64,000 nucleotides of DNA from Macrostomum hystrix (Eukaryota; Animalia; Platyhelminthes). Positions within the stretch are counted from its first letter, which is position 1. The number at the start of each line of letters is the position of its first letter. This document shows positions 52,601 through 64,000 of this stretch, in pieces. The notes beneath the pieces were generated by a model. That model was not told the origin of the DNA and made no database searches. It saw only the letters and a program-made list of their open reading frames with translations. The stretch covers positions 17,856,001 to 17,920,000 of the forward strand of contig CATNEN010000038.1 in NCBI GenBank assembly GCA_950097015.1, given 5' to 3'. Made by a program: the position numbers and the translations under genes.

Positions 52601-55087
52601 TGAACGACAGGCCCCTTATTCCTAGAACGCAAACTAACAGTAAGCTGTAAGATTTAAAGCTCACGTTGGATCATTTCTAATATTTTAATTCATCAGACTA
52701 CATAAAATGTTCAAATACTCGTATAGTACGAAATTCAGAAGCAAGTATACAAAGCAACACTCACAAATGTTGATAAAACCAACGGTGCCAAGAAATAAGA
52801 AGAGATTTGCTGCTCGCATGTCACAGCTTCCTCTGTTGTCGCTGCCTCTAATGAACTCGTGTTTCTAGTCAGTTGGCTTTCGTTTCAGTTTGATTAAGCT
52901 TTTAAAATATCTGCTGCTAGCTAAAATAGATTAATAGTTCTGGTGTTGAAAAATCTGGAGGATTGTTGCTAGCGTCGGTGGTCAGGCGGCCATTATTATT
53001 CGCGAAAGAATTTCTAACGGTTCATTGGCTATGGAAGCCTCGCACGCACGGTACGCCGGTAACTGAGTTGGTTGAGGTGGAGTTTGCTGGATTTTCTGGC
53101 CCTAAACTAAGGTGAGTGGAAGCGGAGCAGGAATGCTTAAGTGTAAATGTATATATATTGTGTATATAGAAGGCGGATTTGTGAAACGCGAATTATCGAT
53201 TTGTTCTATCCGGGCGTCCTATCCTGGGCTATTTTGTGCCAGCGCACTACTAGGTAAGGGGGGAGGAACCTATACTCTTTCTCTCCAAACGAGCCCCTTA
53301 CTGTGTGTCCCTCTTGTGCACTGGCTCCTCTTTATGCGATACGCTGGGTTTAACCTTTCTTCTCAAGCAGTCGGATTAACGAGAACGCTGAGCTTTCTCT
53401 TACTCTTCAAGTCTCGAAAAACTGGTAGCGTCTAGGGCTGCAGAGAAAAATATAAATTGAAGATTCGAGGCGGTTTTGACAGCCCAGTCTGTTGTTGGGG
53501 GTACTATGTATATGCTGGTGCTCGATCTGAACAGATCAAAATCTCAGTGACAACTGACTCTGCGCTTCTGTCTGCAATGTTAATGCCGACGTCTTGTCTT
53601 ATGTTGTAGAACTATCTCATTTCCTTCGTCCTGTGCTAAATGCCATCCAAGTTTAATGATGCATAATCTTATCCTTTATTAGTGTCTTCTGTTCGTACAA
53701 AGTGAGTTCTAACGAACACTTTGAGTCTCCTATTTGCCAGACCAGTATTGACCAACCAGAGTGCGCCCTCCGCTATTTTCAGTTTCTCACCAAAGAATTC
53801 TCCCCACGGTAATCTATATTGACAAGGCTAAGACAGATTGTCTTAATTATTAATTCATGAAGTACCAAATTGCCCCCCAATAGTAATAAATAATTTTAGC
53901 AATTGTACAAAGGTTACTAAGATTATAAAACTATTTTCTTCTGCCTTCTAAATGGTCCTAAGTTATTTTGTTACTGTGTTGTTTGGAGGACTTTAATTTT
54001 TTCGCCGCATAGTAGATTAACAACAGCTCAAAGGCAGCATTGGCGGAATTATGGCATTAATATTTATATCGAACACGCATTCAAGGCAGCGACCTACTTG
54101 AATGTTTATTTCGAGTTAGTTTTCTCTCCACTTTATAGTACTGCGTTAAAAAGCTTGCTAAATAACCATAGCTGCTGTTCTCTTATCCCCATTGTATCAA
54201 AACCGATTTAGTTGCCGAATTCATGATGAATCCTTAGAGTTGTTTCCTATTGAGAAAGCATTTTTTACTCCCTACCCGGTTCCGAAGTCTCTTACATCGG
54301 GGTACTGAGATTCAGTCAGAGTCTGGCTATATGCATAATTGAATAAGAAAGATTTGCTTGGAAACTCCCGCACTGGCAATGTAAGATTGTCTGCAAGGAA
54401 AACTTGACCTAAATAATAAGGCCCCAGCAATTGATTGTAGCAGTATTCGGAGCTCAGGCAGGAATGACTGTGGCCTGTTGGCAGCGAACCAAAATTGAAA
54501 CTGTGCCGAAATTCTTTCGGCAATGGATTATGCCCTCTCTCTCCCTCTCCTCATTCTCGCTCCCAGTCCAATCCTCAGTGGAATTGTCCTAAGCCTTGCA
54601 ACGTTCCACTCATAAGTCGTCCAGTAGTCCTGGTCTACTTTAATTTCCCACCAGCAGTTGCAATGTGAACTGCGGGTTGATAGGCAGGGTCGCGCCCGCG
54701 ACTGGCCTCCCCCTCTCCCACGCGATCGCGCCATTATGCTGATGAAGGAAGGCATGGAAGTCGAATTGAGCCACAGCTTGGTGTGAGCAGGGTTTGGCAA
54801 AGAGGCTTCTCTCATCTCTGGCAGCTGCGCGTCGTCCGTGTCAGAATGCCAGAATGCCAGTGATGAATGACTAGGAGATCAGGAATTTGGGATGGAAGAG
54901 GACGCTTCTGCAGTACCTCCTGTGTATGCTTATATATTTTTATGCCCTCAATCGGGCATTCGGGTTGACAAAATAGACTCTCTGTCTGCATGTTCGTTCC
55001 TATCTTACGAGCGGAATTTTTATGCATTTCGGCTTCGTTTGTTGCTGTCTATTCCGGTGCAAATCAGTTTTGTTTGTTCAGTTATAT

Positions 55088-55656
55088 CAGGGGTCGGCAA
55101 ACTTATTAGCTAGCGGGCCAAATAGAGAACCTAAAAGACGACAGCGGGCTGCATTGACTGTAAAGATATGAGACAATGTAGAGATGAGACACGGGAGAGA
55201 TAAGAAGCGGGAGAGTTGAGACAGGGGAGAGATGAGACACGGGAGAGTTGAGACACGGGAGAGATGAGACACGGGAGAGATGAGACGCGGGAGAGTTCAG
55301 ACAGGGGAGAGATGAGACACGGGAGAGATGAGACACAGGAGAGATGAGACACAGGTGAGATGAGACAGGGAAGAGACGAGACACTGGAGAGATGAGACGG
55401 GAGAGATGAGACACGGGAGAGATGAGACACGGGAGAGATGAGACACGGAGCGATGAGACGCGGGAGAGTTCAGACAGGGGAGAGATGAGACACGGGAGAG
55501 AAAGGACACAGGGGACAGGGGAGCGATGAGACAGGGGAGAGATATTACAGCGGAGAGACGAGACAGGATACTGTAGATGTCGGAATGGGCAACGGGCCGG
55601 ATTTGGGAGCTTCGAGGGCCGCATCTGGCCCGCGGGCCGGAGTTTGCCGACCCCTG
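55088..55656. mobile_element. hAT (Charlie-like) MITE with 15-bp TIR CAGGGGTCGGCAAAC, 8-bp TSD AGTTATAT and an internal 18-bp minisatellite
   Basis: agttatat|CAGGGGTCGGCAAAC...GTTTGCCGACCCCTG|agttatat; subterminal GGCCCGCGGGCC palindrome. Confidence 0.95.
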
Positions 55657-56916
55657 AGTTATATATTTATAGTTAGTTAAATTTCTAATGCGGCTTTTCG
55701 CTTTGAAGCACGTCGGTTTAGCAATGCACTGTCGTCCCTAAAAAATGTTATGGCAAAGATTTCACCAATCTCAACCCTCTTAAATGTTGTTTAAACATTG
55801 TGCCAGAAGTCACGTGACTTATCCTTTGTCAGGGAGCAACGTACGGAACTTATTATTATCGCGAAGCCTTTTAAAATTTCGTAGTTTACCTGCAACTGCT
55901 CATATAATTTTTTTTCCTTGCCTGTACCTGATTCAGTAGTCAGTAATTCAATAGTAAACTTGTCAACAACAATCAAAGCTTGCTAACCTAGTCGGCATCA
56001 GCACAGATTTTGAATGGACTCATGATATGAGTCCATCAACTCATAATACTTTATCATAACAACTCCCAGCCTTATCTCGTGCAAATCACTAATTTTTGCC
56101 AGCAAGCAAGCAGGCAGTTGTATTTGCATTATTGCATATTGATGACGGATATTGGTCCTCATGAGTCAGCAAGTCGCTGCAGGAGCCCGTTTCAGTTGCT
56201 TGAAGCTATTTGCTAAGACTGCTTAAGCCTCCTCTTCTTGTCTCCTCTCTTTTTGTCGTCATCATCCTTTCTGTTTTATTTTCTTTCGCCCTATGAATAC
56301 TGCTTCTGTTAATTAAGCTTGACAGGTCTATCTTACCATCGACCATCGGTCCAACAGGCTTGCTTGAGTTATGGCCTAACCGTTACACTTCAGCTCATGT
56401 TACCACTCGGAAATGTCTCGACCTAGCTTTTGTAGGCTTCAGTTTATCTAGCCCGCATTTGACAAGTTTGGCTCTCTGCCTCTGCTCTGCCCCAGAGTTG
56501 AAGCTTACGCAATTGATTGCTTCAAATTACAGTATATGCAGTTCTTTGCACTAGCCTACTTCAGCAATAGTTCTTTGTTGCAATTCAGTGCATTTTCTCT
56601 GACCAAATTTTTGGTCAAAGTTAACCAAAGTTAATTAAAACATCAGTACATATACCACCAGAAGCGATAGTTGATACTGGAATTCGTATTTTTCACCCAA
56701 AAAAGAGTAAATTATACTCTTTTGAACTTAAATCAATCTCTCAAAATGGTTTAACTCTGCTACTGCGCCAGATTATGCTGAGCTGTTTATTCTTAAAATG
56801 TTATGCCTGTGTTTCCTGCAAATACCTAACTCCTGTCATTATTTAATTTCTTATTTCAGCCTGTCTGCAATATCGATTAACTATTGGCAGTCAAAGAACT
56901 ACTTAAAAAAAACAAA

Positions 56917-59900
56917 ATGACACTGTTTGAGAACAGGGCTGAGCAGTACAAGGCTGACGGCAACAAGGCTATCAGCTTCAAGCTAGGTGAGTATTTTTTC
57001 TCTATTAGTAATCCGATTCTGCGTAACCATTTTAATATCGAAGCTCTTTGATTGGTCTGTGCTTTAAATTGTCCATGGTGGGGCTCTCTGATTGGTCTGT
57101 GCTTTACATTGTCCATGGTAGGGCTCTCTGATTGGTCTGTGCTTTACATTGTCCATGGTGGGGCTCTCTGATTGGTCTGTGCTTTACATTGTCCATGGTA
57201 GGGCTCTCTGATTGGTCTGTGCTTTACATTGTCCATGGTAGGGCTCTCTGATGGGTCTGTGCTTTGCATTGTCCATGGTGGGGCTCTCTGATTGGTCTGT
57301 GCTTTGCATTGTCCATGGTGGGGCTCTCTGATTGGTCTGTGCTTTGCATTGTCTATGGTGGGGCTCTCTGATGGGTCTGTGCTTTGCATTGTCTATGATG
57401 GGTCTCTCTGATGGGTCTGTGCTTTGCATTGTCCATGGTGGGGCTCTCTGATTGGTCTGTGCTTTGCATTGTCTATGGTGGGGCTCTCTGATGGGTCTGT
57501 GCTTTGCATTGTCCATGGTGGGGCTCTCTGATTGGTCTGTGCTTTGCATTGTCTATGGTGGGGCTCTCTGATTGGTCTGTGCTTTGCATTGTCCATGGTG
57601 GGGCTCTCTGATTGGTCTGTGCTTTACATTGTCTATGGTGGGGTTCCCTGATTGGTCAGGGATGTGTACACGGGTGTGTACACCTGCCAGGTCTTTCTCA
57701 TTGTCAGGCAGGGTACAGTTTAGTTGTACCATTGAAGTCGACCCTAATAGACATCACGCAAGTTTCCCAACAAGCCTCCAAGCCTTCTCTCAGTGACTGC
57801 GCCCCAATTGAATGAGGCCTCGTGTTATCTTCCGCATCTCTCATTTCGCATTCTCTGGGTATAATTGATTCCCTTTGTTATTATTTCACGGTCATTGCGC
57901 AGTTCTTAGTCGCCAATTGACTTTGTAATTTGTGATCAGCGGCGGGTCTTCGAATCCGTATAACCCTAGCTGCTCTTTTATATTGGTCTATTGCATTTCA
58001 GTTCGCTGCGCTGAAGATTTAGCTAATCCCGATGTGGCATTTCATCCGGACATGTGCCATCAGGTGTTCGGCGACAGGTGTGCGAAAATAGCTTCTACGT
58101 TTTTGTGCCTATTCAGCTATTTCATCTTTATTTTCACCTCTCGCTACTTCTCTTCAATAGTCAGTAGGCTAAATAGGATTTTTTATGACGAGGCCACAGT
58201 CATTTATGGCAGCGGTCAGCAAACTCCGGCCCGCCGGGCCAGATGCGGCCCTCGAAGCCCTGAATCCGGACTGTTGCCCCTTCCAACACCTACAGGATCT
58301 ACTCGCATCTCCCGTATCTCATCTCTCCCGTGTCTCATCTCTCCCGTGTCTCATCTCTCCCGTGTCTCATCTCTTCCGTTTCTCGTCTTTCCCGTGTCTC
58401 ATCCCTCCTGTGTGTCGTCTCTTTGGTGTCTCATCTCTCCCGTGTCTAATTTCTCCCATTTCTGATCTCTCCCCTGTCTAATCTCTCACGTATCTAATCT
58501 CTCACGTCGTGTCTCATCTCTCCCGTCGTGTCTCATCTCTCCTGTCGTGTCTCATCTCTCCCGTCGTGTCTCATCTCTCCTGTCGTGTCTCATCTCTCCC
58601 GTCGTGTCTCATCTCTCCCGTCGTGTCTCATCTCTCCCGTCGTGTCTCATCTCTCCCGTCGTGTCTCATCGCTCCGCGATCTCATATTTATACAGTAAAT
58701 TAGGTTCTCTCTTTGGCCCGCTGGCTGATAAGTTTTATTCGACCCAGAATGATTTGATTTATGACGCAGAACGATGCGCTAACGATGTGTAAACTGCAAT
58801 TGTCAATCAGGAAGTTGTGAACTGCTTTGTAACTCTACATCAGTTAGCTTAAGTCAGCCGCATAATTATATTCGTACTTTTTTCAGCGAGACCATTTTCG
58901 GCTATAAGAATCTGAGCATCAAAATCTACTTCGCCGCGTGCAGTCTAAAAATCTACCTGGCTGTTGAGTACAGCGAGAAGATTAATAAAGCTATTAGCGG
59001 AGGAGTTGAGGTAGGCGTTTAAATTATTTTACTTTGTTAGTCTTTTACTTCACCGTTAAATATTACGATTGTTTTTTTATTTTCAACAGGCAGATGACAT
59101 TTTAAATGCCCTGACTAACGACCTAATTCCACCGAATTACATCACCAACATGGATCAGTTTGCCGATGCTGTTGCCCGCGATGCCGATTTTAAACCTTTC
59201 GGCGTTTTGAAACACGCCTACACTACTGAAGATGGTAAGCTTGTTGTTGGCTTTTAGAGAATGTTGATGAGTGTACCATGAGTGTGGGGGATGAGTGTGC
59301 CATTAGAGTTAATGGCAAGTCATGAGAGTGGGTGATGAGTGTGCCATTAGAGTTAATGGCAAGTCATGAGAGTGGGTGATGAGTGTGCCATTAGAGTTAA
59401 TGGCAAGTTATGAGAGTGGGTGATGAGTGTGCCATTAGAGTTAATGGCAAGTTATGAGAGTGGGTGATGAGTGTGCCATTAGAGTTAATGGCAAGTCATG
59501 AGAGTGGGTGATGAGTGTGCCATTAGAGTTAATGGCAAGTCATGAGAGTGGGTGATGTGTGCCATTAGAGTTAATGGCAAGTCATGAGAGTGGGTGATGA
59601 GTGTACCATTAGAGTTAATGGCAAGTTATGAGAGTGGGTGATGAGTGTGCCATTAGAGTTAATGGCAAGTCATGAGAGTGGGTGATGAGTGTACCATTAG
59701 AGTTAATGGCAAGTCATGAGAGTGGGTGATGAGTGTGCCATTAGAGTTAATGGCAAGTCATGAGAGTGGGTGATGAGTGTGCCATTAGAGTTAATGGCAA
59801 GTCATGAGAGTGGGTGATGTGTGCCATTAGAGTTAATGGCAAGTCATGAGAGTGGGTGATGAGTGTACCATTAGAGTTAATGGCAAGTTATGAGAGTGGG

Positions 59901-62900
59901 TGATGAGTGTGCCATTAGAGTTAATGGCAAGTCATGAGAGTGGGTGATGAGTGTACCATTAGAGTTAATGGCAAGTCATGAGAGTGGGTGATGAGTGTGC
60001 CATTAGAGTTAATGGCAAGTCATGAGAGTGGGTGATGAGTGTGCCATTAGAGTTAATGGCAAGTCATGAGAGTGGGTGATGAGTGTGCCATTAGAGTTAA
60101 TGGCAAGTTATGAGAGTGGGGGATGTGTGTGCCATTAGATTTAATGGCAAGTCATGAGAGTGGATGATGAGTGTGTCATGAGTGTGGGTGATGAGTGTGT
60201 CATGAGAGTGGATGATGAGTGTGTCATGAGTGTGGGTGATGAGTGTGCCATGAGAGTGGGTGATGAGTGTGTCATGAGTGTGGGTGATGAGTGTGTCATG
60301 AGTGTGAATGATGAGTGTGTCATGAGAGTGGGTGATGAGTGTGTCATGAGAGTGGGTGATGAGTGTGTCATGAGTGTGAATAGTGTGAATGATGAGTGTG
60401 TCATGAGAGTGGGACAGTGGGTGATGAGTGTCATGAGTGCGAATGATGAGTGTGTCATGAGAGTAGATGATGAGTGTGTCATGAGAGTAGATGATGAGTA
60501 TTTCATAAGTGTGTCATGAGTGTGATTGATGAGCGTGTCATGAGTGTGAATTATGAGTGTGTCATGAATGTGAATGATGAGTGTGTCATTAGTGTGAATG
60601 ATGAGTGTGTAATGAGAGTAGATGATGAGTGTGTCATGAGAGTAGATGATGAGTGTGTCATGAGAGTAGATGATGAGTGTGTCATGAGAGTAGATGATGA
60701 GTATATGATGAGTGTGTCATCAGAGTCGAGTTTTTTGGACCTTTGCCTTAGCTATTAGCCAATTAAAACATTGGTCCCACACCCCTTGCCTCCAGGAAAA
60801 CAGTTTGAAGTCTACGAACCCACCATCGACACGCCGGGTTTTCGCGACTTTCACAGCCGGCTGCAGATCTTTCTAATGTTCTTCGTTGACGCGGCCAGCT
60901 TCATTGACGCCGACGATGAACGCTGGAGCTTCCTGGTGCTGTACGAGAAGTTTAAAGACGACAGTGGACAGTGGCGCCATGCTGTTGCTGGCTACATGAC
61001 CGTCTACAGGTGCGGAATACTGGGCTCTTGCATCTATCCAATGACCTCTATCCAGTGACTCTATCCAGTGACTCTATCCAGTGACTCTATCCAATGACCT
61101 CTATCCAGTGACTATCCAATTACCTCTATCCAATGACTTATATCCAATTACCTCTATCCAGTGACTCTATCCAATCACCTCTATACAATGACCTATATCC
61201 AATTACCTCTATCCAATTACCTATATCCAATCACCTCTATACAAAGACCTATATCCAATTACCTCTATCCAGTGACTCTATCCAATCACCTCTATACAAT
61301 GACCTATATCCAATTACCTCTATCCAGTGACTCTATCCAATCACCTCTATACAATGACCTATATCCAATTACCTCTATCCAATCACCTCTATACAATGAC
61401 CTATATCCAATTACCTCTATCCAATGACCTATATCCAATCACCTCTATACAATGACCTATATCCAATTACCTCTATCCAGTGACTCTATCCAATCACCTC
61501 TATACAATGACCTATATCCAATTACCTCTATCCAGTGACTCTATCCAATCACCTCTATACAATGACCTATATCCAATTACCTCTATCCAATGACCTATAT
61601 CCAATCACCTCTATACAAAGACCTATATCCAATTACCTCTATCCAGTGACTCTATCCAATCACCTCTATACAATGACCTATATCCAATTACCTCTATCCA
61701 GTGACTCTATCCAATCACCTCTATACAATGACCTATATCCAATTACCTCTATCCAATTACCTCTATCCAATGACCTATATCCAATCACCTCTATACAATG
61801 ACCTATATCCAATTACCTCTATCCAGTGACTCTATCCAATCACCTCTATACAATGACCTATATCCAATTACCTCTATCCAATGACCTCTATCCAATGACC
61901 TATATCCAATCACCTCTATACAATGACCTATATCCAATTACCTCTATCCAGTGACTCTATCCAATCACCTCTATACAATGACCTATATCCAATTACCTCT
62001 ATCCAGTGACTCTATCCAATCACCTCTATACAATGACCTATATCCAATTACCTCTATCCAATTACCTCTATCCAATGACCTATATCCAATCACCTCTATA
62101 CAATGACCTATATCCAATTACCTCTATCCAGTGACTCTATCCAATCACCTCTATACAATGACCTATATCCAATTACCTCTATCCAATGACCTCTATCCAA
62201 TGACCTATATCCAATCACCTCTATACAATGACCTATATCCAATTACCTCTATCCAGTGACTCTATCCAATCACCTCTATACAATGACCTATATCCAATTA
62301 CCTCTATCCAGTGACTCTATCCAATCACCTCTATACAATGACCTATATCCAATTACCTCTATCCAATGACCTCTATCCAATGACCTATATCCAATCACCT
62401 CTATACAATGACCTATATCCAATTACCTCTATCCAGTGACTCTATCCAATCACCTCTATACAATGACCTATATCCAATTACCTCTATCCAATGACCTCTT
62501 TCCAGTGACCTCTATCCAATGACCTCTGGCGGATGAACACCATCCAATGACCTGTATTCAAAGAGCTCTATCCAATCACATCTATCCAATGGCCATTACC
62601 TATTGAACACTATCCAATTATCTTAATCCAATGGCCTCTGTTGAAACCGACAATAAAAGTTTACTATCCAGTAACTCTATCATAAAACATGCTTCCTATT
62701 AACCACGTGGGCAATAGAACTGAATCTTTTAAACACTTACGTAATCAAACGCAATTTGAATTTGGCAATTAACTGATATATAGCTAAATATGAGAGACAC
62801 TGGAGACAAAAATTATAAAAGTCTAAGAAACTCTGTTATTTATACTTTTGTTTTCCAAGTTTTAAAATATTAAGTTTGTTTATCCGAAAAAACTGGCCTA

Positions 62901-63842
62901 CTCAGGTACTACGCCTACCCAGATAAAGTGCGGCCTCGAATCAGCCAGTTCATTGTCCTGCCGCCCTACCAGCGCCGCGGCCAAGGTGTCCGTCTACTGG
63001 AGGCGTTCTACGCCGACTGCCTCGCCGATCCACGCGTTCTAGACGTCACAGTTGAAGATCCCGTTGACACATTTCAACGCCTGCGTGACTTTGTTGACTG
63101 CCGCAACTTGCTCTCTATTGCTCCAGAGCTTTTTGCCAACCCGGCTGTGCTGTCTGCCGGCTTCACAGAGACCATGGCAACTGTTGCTAGGGAGCGACTG
63201 CGTCTGAATAAACGACAGGCCAGGCGATGCTATGAGATTCTGTGGCTGCGGTGTACCAACAGGTTTGAGAGCACTACTGATTCTAGTATTATGTGATTTT
63301 AAAAACATTTAAAAGTGAATACAAAGTACATTCTAATGTACATTTAAGAGACATTTAAATTACATTCTAAAGTACGTGTTAAAACTAACTTTTAAAGTAC
63401 ATGTTAAAAGTACATTTCAAAGTACGTGTTAAAAGTACATTTCAAAGTGCGTGTTAAAAGTACATTTCAAAGTACGTGTTAAAAGTACATTTCAAAGTAC
63501 ATTCATTCGCCCAGGTCTGATCCGGCAGCCTGGCGCTCCTATCGCCTATCGGTAAAGAGCCGACTAAATCAGCCGTTTCGAAAGTCAGGCCGCGAACTTG
63601 AACGCGCCAAAGCTGCCCTGGAATCCGACGAGCTGCAGGCCGTGATGGGCGGCCTGAGCCGGCAACAGCGGATCAGCCACCTTGCCGAGGCCTTCGACCA
63701 GCTCGCCGCCGACTATGGCCAGGTGCTAGATCGGCTAGCAGCTTCCTGCCCGCATCCCGGCGTCTGCACCGTTGGTAATGGCGACGGCAAAGAGAAGACT
63801 CAAAACGGCAGCGCTGACTCCTGCCCAATCGACTGCCGTTGA
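56917..63842 (+). CDS. HAT1: Histone acetyltransferase type B catalytic subunit, about 437 aa; exons 56917-56986, 58002-58077, 58887-59010, 59090-59234, 60796-61009, 62906-63262, 63515-63842
   Basis: AISFKLV; FHPDMCHQVFGDSETIFGYKNL; FHSRLQIFLMFFVDAASFID; GYMTVYRYYAYPDKVRPRISQFIVLPPYQRRGQG; DVTVEDP..FQRLRDFVD. Spliced frame is 1314 nt. Confidence 0.95.
57040..57657. repeat. 40-bp minisatellite GGGCTCTCTGATTGGTCTGTGCTTTGCATTGTCCATGGTG in HAT1 intron 1
   Basis: About 15 tandem copies. Confidence 0.96.
58210..58748. mobile_element. Second, more degenerate copy of the hAT MITE (opposite orientation) with an 18/21-bp internal array, in HAT1 intron 2
   Basis: CAGCGGTCAGCAAACTCCGGCCCGCCGGGCCAGATGCGGCCCTCGAAG...TAGGTTCTCT.TTTGGCCCGCT.GCT.ATAAGTTT matches the reverse complement of 55088-55656. 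Confidence 0.88.
59265..60720. repeat. Composite minisatellite in HAT1 intron 4: 44-bp unit (to about 60150), then a related 24-bp unit
   Basis: GAGTGTGCCATTAGAGTTAATGGCAAGTCATGAGAGTGGGTGAT, followed by GAGTGTGTCATGAGAGTGGGTGAT. Confidence 0.96.
61033..62640. repeat. 13/14-bp monomer satellite (TCCAATGACCTCTA-type) organised as a 55-bp higher-order repeat, in HAT1 intron 5
   Basis: TCCAATCACCTCTA-TACAATGACCTATA-TCCAATTACCTCTA-TCCAGTGACTCTA recurs many times. Confidence 0.95.
63320..63504. repeat. 25-bp repeat AAAGTACGTGTTAAAAGTACATTTC in HAT1 intron 6
   Basis: 4-5 good copies with a degenerate 5' flank. Confidence 0.9.
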
Positions 63843-63928
63843 TGTGGACTGTTGAGAAAGATTCGACTTCTTGTCTGTCGGCAGCTTGCGTCATTTGTAG
63901 TAAGCAGAAAAATTGTTTTTAGCCTCCC

Positions 63929-64000
63929 ATGACTTTAGATTGATTGGTCATAGTCACCTATGACTTTAGATTGATTGGTCATAGTCACCTATGACTTTAG
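63929..64000. repeat. Start of a 31-bp tandem repeat ATGACTTTAGATTGATTGGTCATAGTCACCT downstream of the HAT1 stop
   Basis: More than 2 exact copies before the window end. Confidence 0.85.

Noticed and set aside
50400-54900. Short ORFs and GC-richer patches (50478-50947, 53112-53435, 54272-54815)
   Set aside because: No recognisable domain, consistent splice chain or repeat partner within the window.

Overview
Eukaryotic (metazoan) genomic DNA with GT-AG introns, CAG/polyQ-rich exons and a very high minisatellite density. The style suggests a free-living flatworm such as Macrostomum, which is an inference only. I could splice seven multi-exon genes by hand with consistent intron phases: GW182/TNRC6 (-), a coiled-coil/CAP-Gly protein (+), a tandem double-DHFR-fold protein (+), an Mx-like dynamin GTPase (-), a rhodopsin-class peptide-type GPCR (+), ZC3HC1/NIPA (-) and HAT1 (+). 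There are also two single-exon ORFs: an xxNxVxG beta-roll + polyQ + RING protein and a Cys-rich orphan. Non-coding DNA holds about 13 different tandem arrays (many private to one intron), two tRNA-derived SINE families, hAT-type MITEs carrying a minisatellite, and a nested pair of 3-bp-TSD MITEs. The most unusual items are the tandem DHFR with a degenerate N-terminal copy, the beta-roll fused to a RING finger, an Mx-like protein with a non-canonical G4 motif (TCPD), and a large inverted pair of satellite arrays downstream of GW182. All family assignments come from motifs recognised by eye; no database searches were run.
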